From: an uncultured Chloroflexia bacterium
GTDB taxonomy: Bacteria; Chloroflexota; Limnocylindria; Limnocylindrales; CSP1-4
DNA length: 64,000 nt
Direction of reading: 5' to 3'
NCBI GenBank assembly: GCA_963768655.1
Contig: CAVYIM010000005.1
Location: 64,001-128,000 of the forward strand
Part shown: positions 10,031 through 20,944 of the stretch, one piece after another
How positions within the stretch are numbered: the stretch's first letter is position 1
Layout: every line of letters starts with the position of its first letter
The notes under the pieces: model-generated
What the model was told of the DNA's origin: nothing
Seen by the model: only the letters and a program-made list of their open reading frames with translations
The model's database searches: none
Made by a program: the position numbers and the translations under genes

Positions 10031-10209
10031 CGTCTCCGTCGCGAGATCTACCCCCAGGCGCCGGTTATGCCGCGACAATCCTACCAAGGACCGCGCCGCG
10101 ACCCCTCACCAAAGGAGCCTATTTCGTGGCCGCCCGGAGGTCCCGCGTCGATCTCGACCCGGCGGGCAGCTGCCGGCGGTGCGCCGCGCCACAGGCAATG
10201 TGCCCCGAA

Positions 10210-11922
10210 CTAGCTGCGCGTCCCGGCCGACCCTCCGGCCCGGGTCATGGCGGCGACGCGAAGGCGCTTGAGCGTCTTCATGGCCGGGTCCCCGCGGCGG
10301 CCGAAGAGATCGTGCAGACGTCCGTACTCGGCGTACAGAAGGTCGTAGACGCGCCGGTTCTCCTCGATGGGCTCGTAGCCTCCCTCGCGCAGGTGAGCCA
10401 TCTTCTTGGCCGCCGCCTCGATGCTGGGGTAGCCGCCGGCTGCAGGTCCTGCAGCCACTGCCGCAAACATCGCCGAGCCAAGGGCCGGTGTCTGCGCCGA
10501 CGCCGCAACTCGGAACGAGCGCCCTGTCACGTCCGCGTAGATCTGCATGAGGGTCCGGTTGCGCTCGGGAAGCCCACCGCAGGCCACGACCCGATCGATC
10601 TGGACCCCTCCCTTCTCGAAGGCGTCGATGATCACGCGCGTTCCGAAGGCGGTGGCCTCGATCAGGGCGCGGTACATCTCCGCCGGCGTGGTCGCGAGCG
10701 TCATCCCCACCATCAGTCCCGACAGGTCCGCGTCCACGAGCACCGAACGGTTGCCGTTCCACCAGTCGAGAGCCAGCAGGCCCGACTCGCCCGGCCGAAG
10801 CTCGGCCGCCTCTTCCTCCAGGATCTCGTGCACGCTCACGCCTCGCTCGCGGGCCCTGTCGTGATAAGCCGGCGGCACGCACCGTTCCACGAACCAACCG
10901 AAGATGTCGCCCACGGCCGACTGGCCGGCCTCGTAGCCGAAGAAGCCCGGGATCACACCGTCCCGAACCACGCCGCAAGCCCCGGGGATCACCGGCGCGG
11001 TGTCGGACAGGATGATGTGGCACGTGCTAGTGCCCATGATCGCCACGAGCGTCCCGGGCGTCGTCACCGAAGCCGCCGGCGCGGAGACGTGGGCGTCGAC
11101 GTTGGCCACGGCCACGGCAATTCCGGGGCGCAGGCCCGTCCACCGCGCGGCCGTCTCGTTCAATCGTCCGGCGACTTCGCCCAGACGGGCGATCGAGCGC
11201 GACATCTTCTCGTCCACGACCCCGGCGAATGCGGGATCGAGGGCTGCGAAGAAGTCCCTGCCGGGAAAACCCTCCTCCGCCGACCAGATCGCCTTGTAGC
11301 CCGCGGTGCAGTTGTTCCTCGTCTCGACGCCGGTCAGCTGCCAGACCACCCAGTCCGCGGCCTCGATGAGGCGGTCGGCGGCACGGTATATTCCCGGCGC
11401 CTCGCGGAGGATCTGGAGGGCCTTCGGAAAGAACCATTCCGATGAGATCTTGCCGCCGTAGCGGCGCGGCCAGGTCTCGCCCATCTCAGCCGCCACGCGG
11501 TTGACGTCGTCCGCCTCAGGCTGGGCGGCATGATGCTTCCACAGCTTCACCCACGCGTGCGGCTCGCGCCGGTACTCGTCGAGGAAGCACAGTGGCGTGC
11601 CGTCGGCCAGCGTCGGAAGCATCGTGCAGGCCGTGAAGTCGATGCCGATGCCCATGACGGAGCTCGGATCGATGCCGGCTCCCGCCACCACATCGGGCAC
11701 CGCCCGCCGAAACGTCTCGAGATAGTCGTTGGGGTCCTGGAGAGCCCAGTCGGGGCCCAGGATCACGTCGCCGTCCGGCGCCGGGAGGCGCTCGTCGATG
11801 ACGCCGTTGCGATACCTGTAGACCTCGACCCCCAGTTCGCGACCGTCCGCCACGTCCACCAGAACGGCGCGCGCGGACTCCGTGCCGAAATCCACTCCTA
11901 TGGTGTAGCGAGGCTCAGACAC
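10210..11922 (-). CDS. araB: Ribulokinase
   Basis: FGGY kinase; GVDFGTES, DFTACT, KLWKHH, DWWNGNRS; adjacent to araA and araD. Confidence 0.92.
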   Translation of the reverse strand: MSEPRYTIGVDFGTESARAVLVDVADGRELGVEVYRYRNGVIDERLPAPDGDVILGPDWALQDPNDYLETFRRAVPDVVAGAGIDPSSVMGIGIDFTACTMLPTLADGTPLCFLDEYRREPHAWVKLWKHHAAQPEADDVNRVAAEMGETWPRRYGGKISSEWFFPKALQILREAPGIYRAADRLIEAADWVVWQLTGVETRNNCTAGYKAIWSAEEGFPGRDFFAALDPAFAGVVDEKMSRSIARLGEVAGRLNETAARWTGLRPGIAVAVANVDAHVSAPAASVTTPGTLVAIMGTSTCHIILSDTAPVIPGACGVVRDGVIPGFFGYEAGQSAVGDIFGWFVERCVPPAYHDRARERGVSVHEILEEEAAELRPGESGLLALDWWNGNRSVLVDADLSGLMVGMTLATTPAEMYRALIEATAFGTRVIIDAFEKGGVQIDRVVACGGLPERNRTLMQIYADVTGRSFRVAASAQTPALGSAMFAAVAAGPAAGGYPSIEAAAKKMAHLREGGYEPIEENRRVYDLLYAEYGRLHDLFGRRGDPAMKTLKRLRVAAMTRAGGSAGTRS

Positions 11923-11946
11923 CGCGTCTCCTCCGTTTCGAGACCG

Positions 11947-12651
11947 TCATCGGCGCCGTTGCCCGTAGTAGGCATCCTGGCCATGCTTGCGCCGGAAATG
12001 GCGCTCCAGCAGGTACGGGGCAAGCGGCTCCGCGTCGGGGTTGAGGGCGAACGTCTGGGTCGCCATGGCCGCCACTGCCTCCAGCGCCGTGGCGTTGTCG
12101 GCGGCATCCCGCGCGTCCCGCCCCCACGTGAAGGGGCCGTGCGACGCCACCAGGACGGCCGGCATCTCGGCGGCGCTGAGCCCAAGCCTCTCGAGAGCCT
12201 CGATGATCACGGCTCCGGTCTCGGCCTCGTATTCGCCGGCGACCTCGACTTCGCGCATCTGGCGAGTGACCGGCACCGGGCCGTGGAAATGATCCGCGTG
12301 CGTGGTGCCCAATGGCGGTATGGACCGTGCGGCCTGGGCCCAGGCCGTCGCTGCCGTCGAGTGAGTGTGCACGACGCCACCGATCTCGGGATAGCGCCGG
12401 TACAGCGCCAGGTGGGTCGGCGTGTCGGACGAGGGGTTCAACTCGCCCTCGGCCACCCGGCCGTCCTCCAGCGAGACCACGACCAGATGCTCCACGAGCA
12501 GCTGGTCGTAAGGCACGCCGCTCGGCTTGATGATCAGGACGCCCGCCTTGCGGTCGACGCCACTGGCGTTGCCGAACGACAGGGTCACCAGCCCTGCGCG
12601 AACCAGCGCCTGGTTCGCAAGCCAAACCTGTTCGCGCAGTTCAGGCAGCAT
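11947..12651 (-). CDS. araD: L-ribulose-5-phosphate 4-epimerase
   Basis: GNAS, IKPSG, PSSDTPTH, HTHS, GTTHADHF, HGPF; start ATG 12651 or TTG 12663. Confidence 0.92.
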   Translation of the reverse strand: MLPELREQVWLANQALVRAGLVTLSFGNASGVDRKAGVLIIKPSGVPYDQLLVEHLVVVSLEDGRVAEGELNPSSDTPTHLALYRRYPEIGGVVHTHSTAATAWAQAARSIPPLGTTHADHFHGPVPVTRQMREVEVAGEYEAETGAVIIEALERLGLSAAEMPAVLVASHGPFTWGRDARDAADNATALEAVAAMATQTFALNPDAEPLAPYLLERHFRRKHGQDAYYGQRRR

Positions 12652-12701
12652 GAGCGGCGACAAACCAGGTCCTCCGTGGATGCCAGCCCGGTGTCCGGAT
12701 G

Positions 12702-14210
12702 TCAGCGAAGGCCGCGGGCCAGCAGGTAATAGGCCTCGTTCCAGCGAAGCTCCTTCTTGAAGTTTGCGACGGTCGTGTCGCCGTCGATCAGCAGAAACTC
12801 GCAACCGGCCATCTCGGCGAAATCGGCGATCACCTCGGCGCCAATCGCGCGGGTCAGCACGGTGTGGTGCGACCCGCCGGCGGTGAGCCAGGACTCTGTC
12901 GCCGTGGCGAGATCCGGCCGCGGCTTCCAGACGGCGCGCCCGACCGGCAGCTTGCCCATGGGCTTGTCCGGCGGCACCAGATCGATCTCGTTCGCCAGGA
13001 TCCGAAACCGATCGCCCATGTCCATGAGGGCGACGACGATGGCCGGGCCGGAGCCCGCGTCGAAGACCAGCCGGACAGGGTCGCTCCTGCCGCCGATAGA
13101 CAGCGGGTGGATCTCGCACGAGACCCTCTTGTCCGAGATGCTCGGGCAGACCTCGAGCATGTGGGCGCCCAGCACCCTGGGCCCGGCCGGGTCGAGGTGG
13201 TATGTGTAGTCCTCCATGAAGGAGGTCCCACCGGGCAGGCCCCTGGCCATCGTCTTGACGAGGCGAACCATGACCGCCGTCTTCCAGTCGCCCTCGGCGC
13301 CGAACCCGTAGCCGTCGGCCATCAGGCGCTGCGCCGCGATGCCGGGCAGCTGCTTGAGCCCATCGAGATTCTCGAACGTGTCGGTGATGGCCCCGAAACC
13401 TCCCGCGGTCATGAACTCCCGAAGCGCGACCTCGATACGGGCCGCTTCACGCAAGGCCTCCCGGTCGGCGCCGCCGGCTCGCAGGGACGGGCCGATGTCG
13501 TAGCTAGCCTCGTAGACCTCGATGAGCTCATCGACCTTCTCGGCCGCCACAGCCCGCACGGCATCGCCGAGATCGCTCACGCTGAACCCGTTCACGGAAA
13601 TCCCAAATTTCATCTGGGCCGAGACCTTGTCGCCCTCGGTGACCGCCACGCCGCGCATGTTGTCGCCGAACCGTGCGACCCGCAGATGCTTGGCCTCGTG
13701 GAGGCCGCACGCGGCCCTGGCCCAGGCGCCGATCCTGTCCTGGACGCGGGCGTCCTGCCAGTGCCCGGCGACGGTCTTGCGGGCCAGCCCGAGCCTGGCC
13801 TCGATATGCGCGAACTCGCGGTCACCGTGGGCGGCCTGGTTCAGGTTCATGAAGTCCATGTCGATCTCGCCCCAGGGGAGATCGCGGTTGAACTGGGTGT
13901 GCAGGTGGAGGAGTGGCTTCGTCAGCGCCTGGAGCCCGCCGATCCACATCTTCGCCGGCGAGAAGGTGTGCATCCAGGCGATGACGCCGACGCATTTGTC
14001 GGTGGCGCTGGCCTCGATGCAAGAGGCGAGGATCGCCTCGGGGTTCTTGACGACCGGCTTCCAGATGACGCGGACGGGGACGGCCTCCGCCCGGTCGAGC
14101 CCGGCGGCGATCGCCCCGGAGTTCTCGGCAACCTGCCGCAGCGTCTCCTCGCCGTAGAGGTCCTGGCTGCCGGTCAGGAACCAGACTTCGAACTCGCCGA
14201 GCGCCTTCAA
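12702..14210 (-). CDS. araA: L-arabinose isomerase
   Basis: [40 protein letters not shown]; TTG start at 14210 gives 502 aa. Confidence 0.95.
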   Translation of the reverse strand: MKALGEFEVWFLTGSQDLYGEETLRQVAENSGAIAAGLDRAEAVPVRVIWKPVVKNPEAILASCIEASATDKCVGVIAWMHTFSPAKMWIGGLQALTKPLLHLHTQFNRDLPWGEIDMDFMNLNQAAHGDREFAHIEARLGLARKTVAGHWQDARVQDRIGAWARAACGLHEAKHLRVARFGDNMRGVAVTEGDKVSAQMKFGISVNGFSVSDLGDAVRAVAAEKVDELIEVYEASYDIGPSLRAGGADREALREAARIEVALREFMTAGGFGAITDTFENLDGLKQLPGIAAQRLMADGYGFGAEGDWKTAVMVRLVKTMARGLPGGTSFMEDYTYHLDPAGPRVLGAHMLEVCPSISDKRVSCEIHPLSIGGRSDPVRLVFDAGSGPAIVVALMDMGDRFRILANEIDLVPPDKPMGKLPVGRAVWKPRPDLATATESWLTAGGSHHTVLTRAIGAEVIADFAEMAGCEFLLIDGDTTVANFKKELRWNEAYYLLARGLR

Positions 14211-14438
14211 CTTGCCAACTCCCCAACTACCTGACGAGACACGACCGAGGATAGCGCAGACAACGCGCTCCGCGGCCATGAGTGATCCGGGTGCTCCCCC
14301 ACCACTTGAAGGCCTTCCGGCTCGCCGGCGGACCCGCCGGCCTATACGGCACCGCGCAGCGATCAGATTTCCATGAGCGTTGCTGCCTCCGGCTCTCAAT
14401 CGTGGCCTCGCTGCCCGGGCCCGAGGCTTGAGCTCCGC

Positions 14439-15540
14439 TCAGTAACTGCGGGCCGCCAGTATCGCGGCCAGGGCCGCCGGGCCCTGCGACGCCAGGAAGA
14501 CTCCCTCCTTGGACTTGACCCAGGCCGGGCCGCCGATCTGGCCGTTGAGGCCTTCGAGGGCGGCGCTGTAGACCTGCGGGGCCAGGAGCGGGTTGTACTC
14601 GATGTCCGCGCCGAGGTCGCCGGCGATGAGGGCATTGAAGCCGTCGGCCGTGGCGTCTATGCCGACGACCATGATGTCCTTACCGGGCTTGAGGCCGGCT
14701 GCCTTGATCGCCTGGATAGCGCCGATTGCCTCCTCGTCGTCCTGGGCGAAGACGCCCTGGATGTTCTTGGTCTTCTTGAGCATGGCCGCCATGTCGGCCT
14801 TGGATTGGGCCACGCTCCAGTCGCCGTTCTGGCTGAAGCCGGTCGGGATCGTGATGCCGCAGTTGCCCATGCTGTCGCGGAAACCCGTGGCTCGGTCCAC
14901 GGCGATCGAAATCGCCCACGGGGCCGGTGATCTCGACGACGTTGTGCTTATCCGCAGAGAACCCTGCCAGGAGCGTGCACATCGCGGTCGCGGCGTTCTG
15001 CCCCTCGGAGACGAAGTCCGGGCCGACGTAGGTGTAATACAGGCTCGGGTCGGAATCGATCCGCAGGTTCTCGATGACGACGACCTTGCCGGCCGCTCTG
15101 GCTTCCTTGAGAGCGTCGTCGTAGCCGGTGGTATCGATCGGGTCGAGGACGATGACGTTGACGGCCGGATCCCCGTCGAACTGGTGGAACGCGGCGATCT
15201 GGTTCTGGAAGCTGTCCTGGGAATCGAAGAACTTCAGCGTGATGCCATCCTGGGTCGCGGTGTCCGTGAAGTTCTGAGTGTTCGCGGCCCGCCAGGGACT
15301 CTCCGATCCGGTCTGGATGAATCCGACGACCATGTCCCTGTACGTGTAGACCTTCGGCGTCGGCGTCGGGATCGGGGTGGGCGTCGGAGTCGGCGGTGGA
15401 GTGAGCGTAGCCGCCGGAGTGGTGGCCGGGGCCGTCGTCCGGGTCGGGCTGCCGAACCAGCATGCGGAAACCGCCGCCGCCAGGGCAACCATCATGGCGA
15501 CGCGAAGCGATCGAGACTTCGCCATGTGAGACTTCGTCAT
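14439..15540 (-). pseudogene. Sugar ABC substrate-binding lipoprotein (YtfQ/RbsB-like), split by +1 frameshift at 14909-14911
   Basis: Lipobox AVSAC; VGFIQTGSESPWRAANT; removing one A gives continuous EITGPVGDSIAVDRATGF. Confidence 0.8.
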
Positions 15541-15853
15541 CGTCGACCACCGAATCCAAGTGGGCAGCTGTCGAGGCGATCCTGCGCACGTCCGGAGGGG
15601 ATCGTGCCAGCCCTTCGAACCCTCTCTGTCCGGGGAGGATCTTACAGTGGCCCGACGCCGGTGTCCGTCCGCTCGCGGAAGAGCATCTGCGACCGGCACA
15701 GGCAAGGCTCAGCCGCTCGGGCGCTGCGGTCTCGCGGGGGCCGCCACATCGCCAGGTCGCTCAAACGAGCCCCGGCATTGACATCTCTCGGCCGCCTCCC
15801 GTAGACTCCCGCAGGTCCGCCAGCAAGGCGGCAGCATCACGAGGTGTGTTTTC

Positions 15854-16013
15854 GTGCGCATCCCCGCTAACTACGCAACGGCAGGAGCCGCTCTCGCGAG
15901 CGGAAGCCCTGTCGCGTGCGGGAGATCTGCGCCCACCGGGAGCTAGTTCGAGGCGGTAGTGCCGCCAGGACGAACCTCTGAGCCGTGGGCCAGATCGGGC
16001 CCCCGGCTTTTTT
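15854..16013 (+). promoter_or_regulatory. Putative attenuator: 30-aa leader ORF (15854-15946) plus intrinsic terminator (15981-16013)
   Basis: GAGGTG SD, then GTG MRIPANYATAGAALASGSPVACGRSAPTGS; hairpin AGCCGTGGGCC...GGCCCCCGGCT with T6 run upstream of ABC ATPase. Confidence 0.55.
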
Positions 16014-16124
16014 AGTGCCCTCTGGAGGCGGACGCCGCCTCGGGGGCGAGCCGCGAGCCCCATCCCGCTTTCGCCCAGCTCGCGGCCTCTCCACGGCCGC
16101 GAGCTCCACCCGAGGGAGGAGCCA

Positions 16125-17006
16125 ATGAGCATCGCGGTCCTGGAAGCAACTCAATCGCCGGCCTTGAGCCGGCCCATCGCCAAAGCATTCCCTGCCGGCC
16201 CGGCGGCCCTGCTGGTCGAGCATGCCACCAAGCGGTTCAAGGTCGATCGGCGCAAGCCACCGGTCCTGGCTGTGGACGACGTCTCGATCCGCATCGAGCG
16301 GGGCGAGATCTACGGCCTGCTCGGCGCCAACGGAAGCGGTAAGTCCACGTTCATTCGCCTGGTCAGCGGCCTGCTGACTCTCGACGCGGGTCGGGTCGAG
16401 GTCTTCGGCCACGACCTGGTCCGCGAGGAGATGGCGGTCAAGCGGCTGATCAATCGGGTCAGCGTCGACGCCGCCTTCTTCAAGAAACTCTCGCCGGCCG
16501 AGAACCTCTCGTTCGCGGCCCGCCTTTACGGCCTCGACTCGGGCGAAGCCCGCCGAAAGGCAGCCGAGATCATGGCCCGCCTGGGCGTTGGCGAGAAACG
16601 GATGGGCCGGCCGGTCGAGCAGATGAGCCGGGGCATGCAGCAGAAGGTCGCGATCGCCAGGGCCATCCTGACGAGCCCGACGCTGCTGCTGCTGGACGAG
16701 CCCACGACCGGGCTCGACCCCCGCTCCAAGCTCGACGTTCAAGCCTTCATCGAAGAACTTCGGGCCGATCACGACGCGACGATCGTGCTGACCACGCACG
16801 ACCTCGTGGAAGCCGATCGGCTGTGCGGGCGAATCGGGATCCTGGCCGGCGGGCGACTGACCGCCGAGGAGACACCCGAAGGGCTCAAGACTCGCGTCGC
16901 CTTCGAGTACGGGCTCTCGCCCACGCTCGAAAGCGCCTTCATGCAATACACCGGCCGCTCCCTCGATGACGACGTCGAGGAAGGCGAAGCCGAGCCGGCC
17001 GAATAG
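16125..17006 (+). CDS. ABC-2 exporter ATP-binding subunit (DrrA/CcmA-like)
   Basis: Walker A GANGSGKS, signature MSRGM, LLLDEPT, TTH. Confidence 0.92.
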   Translation: MSIAVLEATQSPALSRPIAKAFPAGPAALLVEHATKRFKVDRRKPPVLAVDDVSIRIERGEIYGLLGANGSGKSTFIRLVSGLLTLDAGRVEVFGHDLVREEMAVKRLINRVSVDAAFFKKLSPAENLSFAARLYGLDSGEARRKAAEIMARLGVGEKRMGRPVEQMSRGMQQKVAIARAILTSPTLLLLDEPTTGLDPRSKLDVQAFIEELRADHDATIVLTTHDLVEADRLCGRIGILAGGRLTAEETPEGLKTRVAFEYGLSPTLESAFMQYTGRSLDDDVEEGEAEPAE

Positions 17007-17157
17007 CCGGTCGGCCGGCGCATTCCGTCGTTGGCTCCTGCGCTTCCTCGCTCACGCACCTTCAAGTGCGCTCGCTGCGGTGCTCGGAGCCGCCTAGGAC
17101 TGCATCCGGCGGTCCGTCTATCAGGTCGGAGCCACAGAACCTGAAAGGGACACTTCG

Positions 17158-17352
17158 TTGTTTTCACCCTACCTCGCTCGTGAGATGCACATGGAACGTC
17201 AACGGGAGATCGAGAGCCAGCTTCGGTTCCGGTCGGTAGACCGGAGCCAGATCCGGCACCGCTCTCTCCGCCACCGGATCGGCCGCGGGTTGATCCAGTT
17301 CGGATCGATGCTCGCCGCCGATGGAACGCTACAGGTGGCCGCCCGACGCTGA
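17158..17352 (+). CDS. Small protein (64 aa), RIGRxLIxxGxxL family
   Basis: GAAAGGG SD plus TTG; shares motif with 30754-30978. Confidence 0.65.
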   Translation: MFSPYLAREMHMERQREIESQLRFRSVDRSQIRHRSLRHRIGRGLIQFGSMLAADGTLQVAARR

Positions 17353-17387
17353 GGCGCCGGGCGGCCACGCCCCTCCAGGAGACCAAC

Positions 17388-18188
17388 TTGACCGCAATCA
17401 GGCGCGAGGCGTTGGCCAGCTACGCCTTCGTCGAGCGCAACTTCAACCTCACCAAGCGCTACTTCGGCTGGGAAGTGGCGTTCCTCGCCTACGCCGTGGC
17501 GGGCGCGCTGTCGGTCTCGCTGATCGGCCAGTCCGTCGGCAACCGCCGCCTGCTCATGTCGCTCGTAGTCGGCGCTGTCTTCTGGAACTACCTATCGGTG
17601 GTCTTCCAGTCGATCGGCGACACGATCACCTGGGAACGATGGGAAGGCACGCTCGAGTACACGATGATGGCGCCGGTCCGGCGCTCGGTTCAGCTGCTTG
17701 GGTCCGCGCTCTACGCCGTGGTGTACGGCCTGATCCACACCGCGATCCTGCTCGTCATCCTCGTGCTCTTCTTCTCGCTCGACCTCGGGCACGCCAACCT
17801 GGGCGCGGCCGCCATCTTCATGATGGTCGGCTCGGCCAGCTTCATCGGCATCGGCATGCTCGCCGCGATCATGCCGATGATGTCCGTTGAGCGTGGCTCG
17901 CAGATGGTCTTCGTCATGCAGTCGTGCCTGCTGCTCATCAGTGGCGTCTACTACTCGACCGACATCCTGCCAGGCTGGATGCAGTTGCTGTCTCGCATGT
18001 CGCCGGCCACCTACGTCCTCGACGCGGTCCGTCGGTCGCTGATCGACGGCGCCTCGCTCGACCAGCTTCTGCCCGATCTGTGGCCGCTGCTGGCGATGGC
18101 CTTCGTCTTCATCCCGCTCGGGCTGTGGGGCTTCGGCCGGGCCGAGCGCTACGCCAAGCGGACCGGAAAACTCAAGAGGGTGGGCTGA
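17388..18188 (+). CDS. ABC-2 exporter permease
   Basis: ~6 TMs; ERWEGTLE, SGVYY, LPGW, PATY motifs. Confidence 0.9.
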   Translation: MTAIRREALASYAFVERNFNLTKRYFGWEVAFLAYAVAGALSVSLIGQSVGNRRLLMSLVVGAVFWNYLSVVFQSIGDTITWERWEGTLEYTMMAPVRRSVQLLGSALYAVVYGLIHTAILLVILVLFFSLDLGHANLGAAAIFMMVGSASFIGIGMLAAIMPMMSVERGSQMVFVMQSCLLLISGVYYSTDILPGWMQLLSRMSPATYVLDAVRRSLIDGASLDQLLPDLWPLLAMAFVFIPLGLWGFGRAERYAKRTGKLKRVG

Positions 18189-18189
18189 C

Positions 18190-18495
18190 ATGATCGTGCG
18201 CCCAGATACCGCCGGCACGGTGCCGGCGACGCTCTCCTGCCCCCGCCGGGGTTCCGACCTCGACATCGTCGACCTGTTGCCGGTACATCTCCTGTCCGGG
18301 ATCGGCACGGCCCTTCTTTCGGGCGTCGTCGACTGGGCTCGGGCCGGCGGTTTCGAGCGCGTCCCGGTCGATTTCGAGACGGCCAATCTGCTCGCCCGGC
18401 GCTTCTGGTCGAGTTCCTTCACCGCGGTCTGCCTGTCATTCGAGCGTCACCTCGACGATCGACTCGTTGGCCGGGCACCGGAGCCGGACCGATGA
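18190..18495 (+). pseudogene. Truncated GNAT acetyltransferase (C-terminal half only)
   Basis: GIGTALL and VDFETANLLARRFW motifs; N-terminal GNAT strands not recognisable. Confidence 0.5.
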
Positions 18496-19592
18496 CCGGC
18501 CCCGACATGGTCGAGACCGGCGGTCTGAAAGCCTGGGGCTGGGACCCCGGCTGGGCCGCCGCGTTCGATGCCTCTGCGGGATCGAATGGCGACCGCCGCT
18601 GGGCCGCACGCGTCGTTGCCCAGCATCGGGGCGCATGGCTGCTCGCCGCCGAGCTGGGCGAGCGGTCTGCGTCGCTCACCGGTCGGTTCCGCCATGAGGC
18701 CCGAGACGGTGAGCTGCCCGCCGTCGGGGACTGGGTCGCCTGCGTGCCGTCGCCGCACGACGGCGAGGCCCGTATCGACGGCGTGCTGCCCCGCCGCTCC
18801 GCGTTCATGCGGCGCGCGGCCGGGTCGCGCGTGGGAGCCCAGATCGTGGCCGCCAACGTCGACACGCTGTTCGTGGCTACCTCTCTCAACGGCGATCTCA
18901 ACCCGCGCCGCCTCGAGCGGTACGTGGCGATGGGCTATGAGTCGGGCGCCGAGCCGGTCGTGCTGCTCACCAAGGCGGACCTTGCGGAGGCCGCCGGCGC
19001 CACGGCGGCCCGCCTCCATGCCGAATTGCGGGTGCCCGTGGTCGCCCTCAGCGCGCGTACCGGCGAGGGCATCGGGTCGGTGGGCCGATGGTTCGCCCCG
19101 GCCAGGACGCTGGCTCTTGTCGGGTCGTCGGGCGTCGGCAAGTCGACCCTGCTCAACCGCCTCGCAGGCGAGGAATTGATGGTCACGCGCGAGATCCGCG
19201 ACGACGACGCCCGTGGCCGCCATACGACGACCCACCGCGAGCTGTTCCGGCTTCCGGGCGGGGCACTGATGCTCGACACGCCCGGCATGCGCGAGTTCGG
19301 ACTGTGGGATGCGGACGAAGGGGTGGACGAGACCTTCACCGAGATCGTCGAGCTCGCGGCCGGCTGCCGTTTCGCCGACTGCTCGCACAAGTTCGAGCCC
19401 GGTTGCGCGGTGCGGACGGCGGTTGCCGACGGCCGGCTCGATTCTGGACGGCTCAAGAGCTATCGGCGTCTCGCCCACGAGCTGGCGGAACAGCCTTCCG
19501 CCTCGCAACAGCGCGAGAGGGACAGGCGGTTCTACAAAGCGGTCCGCAACGCGGCAGCCGAAAGCATGGTCCGCAAGACGTATCGCGGGTAG
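18492..19592 (+). CDS. rsgA: Ribosome small subunit-dependent GTPase A
   Basis: Circularly permuted GTPase: TKAD, GSSGVGKS, GRHTT, DTPG, then CRFADCSHKFEPGC zinc finger. Confidence 0.93.
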   Translation: MTGPDMVETGGLKAWGWDPGWAAAFDASAGSNGDRRWAARVVAQHRGAWLLAAELGERSASLTGRFRHEARDGELPAVGDWVACVPSPHDGEARIDGVLPRRSAFMRRAAGSRVGAQIVAANVDTLFVATSLNGDLNPRRLERYVAMGYESGAEPVVLLTKADLAEAAGATAARLHAELRVPVVALSARTGEGIGSVGRWFAPARTLALVGSSGVGKSTLLNRLAGEELMVTREIRDDDARGRHTTTHRELFRLPGGALMLDTPGMREFGLWDADEGVDETFTEIVELAAGCRFADCSHKFEPGCAVRTAVADGRLDSGRLKSYRRLAHELAEQPSASQQRERDRRFYKAVRNAAAESMVRKTYRG

Positions 19593-19655
19593 GGCGTGCC
19601 GCTCGGCGACATTTGCGTCTTGACCGCGCGGGCGGCGGCGGGGATGCTCAGGGGG

Positions 19656-20234
19656 ATGCGCGACTTGCTGCCACCTCGCCGCGCCCGCCTGGTCCTGGTG
19701 CCTCTTGTCCTGGCGTGCGCGGCCTGCTCCGGCGGGGCCGTGACGCCCGCCCCTTCATCGCAGACCGCGGAGGAGACCGACATGGCCGGCTTCGAACTAA
19801 AGAGCCCGAGCTTCGTCGAGGGCGGCCCGATCCCGATCAAGCACAGCTGCGACGGCCAGGACGTCTCCCCGGCCTTGATCTGGGAAGGCGCTCCGGCCTC
19901 GACCGCAGCCCTGGCCCTGATCGTGGACGATCCCGACGCGCGCGGCTTCATCCACTGGGTCGCCTACAACATCGCCGGCGGTCCGGCCGGTGGACTGCCC
20001 GAGGGCGCCGGCGCGGCGAGCGCGCCACCGCAGGGGCGCAACGACTTCGGCCGCACCGGCTGGGGCGGTCCGTGCCCGCCCGGCGGAACGCATCGCTACC
20101 GGTTCACGCTGTATGCGTTGTCGGCGCCGCTCACGCTGAGCGGCACTCCGTCGGCGAGCGAGGTGCGCGGGGCGCTGGCCCGCGTCCTGCTGGGCCACAC
20201 CATCCTGACGGGGACGTACACGCGCAGGAAGTAG
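19656..20234 (+). CDS. YbhB/YbcL (PEBP/Raf kinase inhibitor-like) lipoprotein
   Basis: DPDA, HWV, GPCPP, HRY motifs; lipobox; TTGACC-17-GATGCT promoter 7 nt before ATG 19656. Confidence 0.88.
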   Translation: MRDLLPPRRARLVLVPLVLACAACSGGAVTPAPSSQTAEETDMAGFELKSPSFVEGGPIPIKHSCDGQDVSPALIWEGAPASTAALALIVDDPDARGFIHWVAYNIAGGPAGGLPEGAGAASAPPQGRNDFGRTGWGGPCPPGGTHRYRFTLYALSAPLTLSGTPSASEVRGALARVLLGHTILTGTYTRRK

Positions 20235-20299
20235 GCGCCGCTGCGGCGCTCCACCGAGCCGTCGCGCCGCCACTCTGGCCGACGGGCGCGAGACCCGGA

Positions 20300-20758
20300 C
20301 TATGCGCCGGCCGCCTCTTCGGCCTCGATCCTGCCCTTGAAGGAGGCGAAGCCCTGGTCCGCGGCCTGCTGCATCGGGCCCTGGATCATCGGCTCGAACC
20401 CGCCCAGCAAGCCGCCCAGCGTGGCATCGGCCACCCAGGTCACGCGAGTCAGCTTCGGCCCGAGCTCGGCCAGATCGATGGAGCCGGTCCCGTTGATAGG
20501 CCCGCCCATGACGGCGCCCTCGATCGTCGCCGCGATCCGCGACGGGGCTTCGAGGTCGGTCACCTGGAGGTCCAGGACGACGCTCATCGGCATGGCTCCC
20601 GCCGGCGCCGAAACCGTGACCCTGTAGTGACGGTCGTCGATCTTCTCGATCTGAGCCTGGCCCGAGGTGCTCGAGGCGGCAGCGCGGTTCGGGTTGCTGA
20701 CGGAGTCCCAGACGCGCTGGCGGCTGGCCGCGATCTCCGTTTCTCCTGACAGATGCAT
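20300..20758 (-). CDS. CoxG/SRPBCC family protein
   Basis: MHLSGETEIAASRQRVW start typical of CoxG; GGAGG SD. Confidence 0.8.
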   Translation of the reverse strand: MHLSGETEIAASRQRVWDSVSNPNRAAASSTSGQAQIEKIDDRHYRVTVSAPAGAMPMSVVLDLQVTDLEAPSRIAATIEGAVMGGPINGTGSIDLAELGPKLTRVTWVADATLGGLLGGFEPMIQGPMQQAADQGFASFKGRIEAEEAAGA

Positions 20759-20944
20759 CGTTCCTCCCGGGCGCGGACTGCGTGGTGGTTGGTCGGGTCT
20801 CGACATGTTAGCGGCTCGGCAGGTCGGCCGGCCGGTCCAGTCGAGGTGACGATCGTGGCCGTTCGAGCTTCGGGCGCCCGCCCGCCTTACCTGCCGCTTA
20901 CATCCGCCCCACGGACCTGGCATCGGGCGACGTATCCTGCGCCA

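Noticed and set aside
14211-14399. Long N-terminal extensions in the track (araA; likewise araD, fba, carA, response regulator, SBP)
   Set aside because: Downstream starts have SD or -10 support and fit family lengths better.
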